64,000 nt of DNA. Source: Azolla caroliniana. Lineage: Eukaryota; Plantae; Polypodiophyta. Under the pieces are notes generated by a model. It was not told where the DNA came from, did not search any database, and was given only the letters and a program-made list of their open reading frames with translations. Position numbers and translations under genes: made by a program. Shown in pieces: positions 63,616-64,000 of this stretch; position 1 is the stretch's first letter; each line of letters starts with the position of its first letter. The DNA lies in assembly GCA_043228905.1 (NCBI GenBank), contig JBHGNT010000010.1, forward strand, positions 7,378,001 through 7,442,000. The letters run 5' to 3'.

Positions 63616-64000
63616 TTATGGAAATTTAAGGTAGATGTCAAAGCATATGGCATTCTTTTTTCTACCAACTGGTAGGGGTTCCTCACCTCGTCTCATAAGG
63701 AAAGTGGAGATAACAAAAGCTTGTTACTTTTTGGAATCCCCCCCACTTAAAAAATTCTCTTATTCAATGAACCTCTTTTTTTATAAGGTTATTGCAAATA
63801 AAAGTATCCATAGTATCTATGTTATAGGAAATTAATGTATATTCCAAATCTCTCTGGAACATTCTAGAAGCTTTAGGATTACTCCTAAGAACACTATAAA
63901 AGAAGGCACTAGGCATTATTTTGAACCAAATTGGTTCAACGCCAGTCTTAAGCCTCATACCCTTTTTGTACTTACTCTTCACATAATATATCATCTGTTA

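Larger units (their letters stand above)
62710..63640. other. mosaic nuclear insertion of plastid DNA (NUPT)
   Basis: Juxtaposed accD (+), rps12 3' part (-) and trnG-trnR (-) fragments. Confidence 0.9.

Noticed and set aside
63640-64000. Further plastid or host gene sequence at the window end
   Set aside because: AT-rich with no motif I can recognise; origin cannot be assigned without a search.

Overview
Eukaryotic nuclear DNA from a plant, most likely a fern or other seed-free plant (inferred from the plastid fragments). It is gene-free heterochromatin made almost entirely of nested, decayed LTR retrotransposons: at least 10 Ty1/copia pieces, a chromovirus (tandem and inverted copies), a Ty3/gypsy element with an Athila-like pol, and a TGTCGT...ACGACA LTR clade (solo LTRs plus a gag-protease-only element). 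It also holds a TAGCTAATTAGCTA palindromic minisatellite, a 100-N gap and, at the right end, a mosaic plastid insertion (accD, rps12 intron 2/exon 3, trnR, trnG). No host protein-coding gene is supported. Most notable: (1) a TSD-flanked gypsy element (26685-36370) with about 60-75 bp LTRs and a tRNA-Arg PBS on the + strand, while gag, pol and a large extra ORF are all on the - strand; (2) a clade of LTRs carrying antisense tRNA-like Pol III A/B-box modules, with 4-bp CG-centred TSDs; (3) a hairpin that loops out the PPT, conserved across four copia families; (4) a 56-bp-periodic stem-loop array in the chromovirus leader. All coordinates were read by eye and no searches were run. Letters A-Z are my own labels for the elements.
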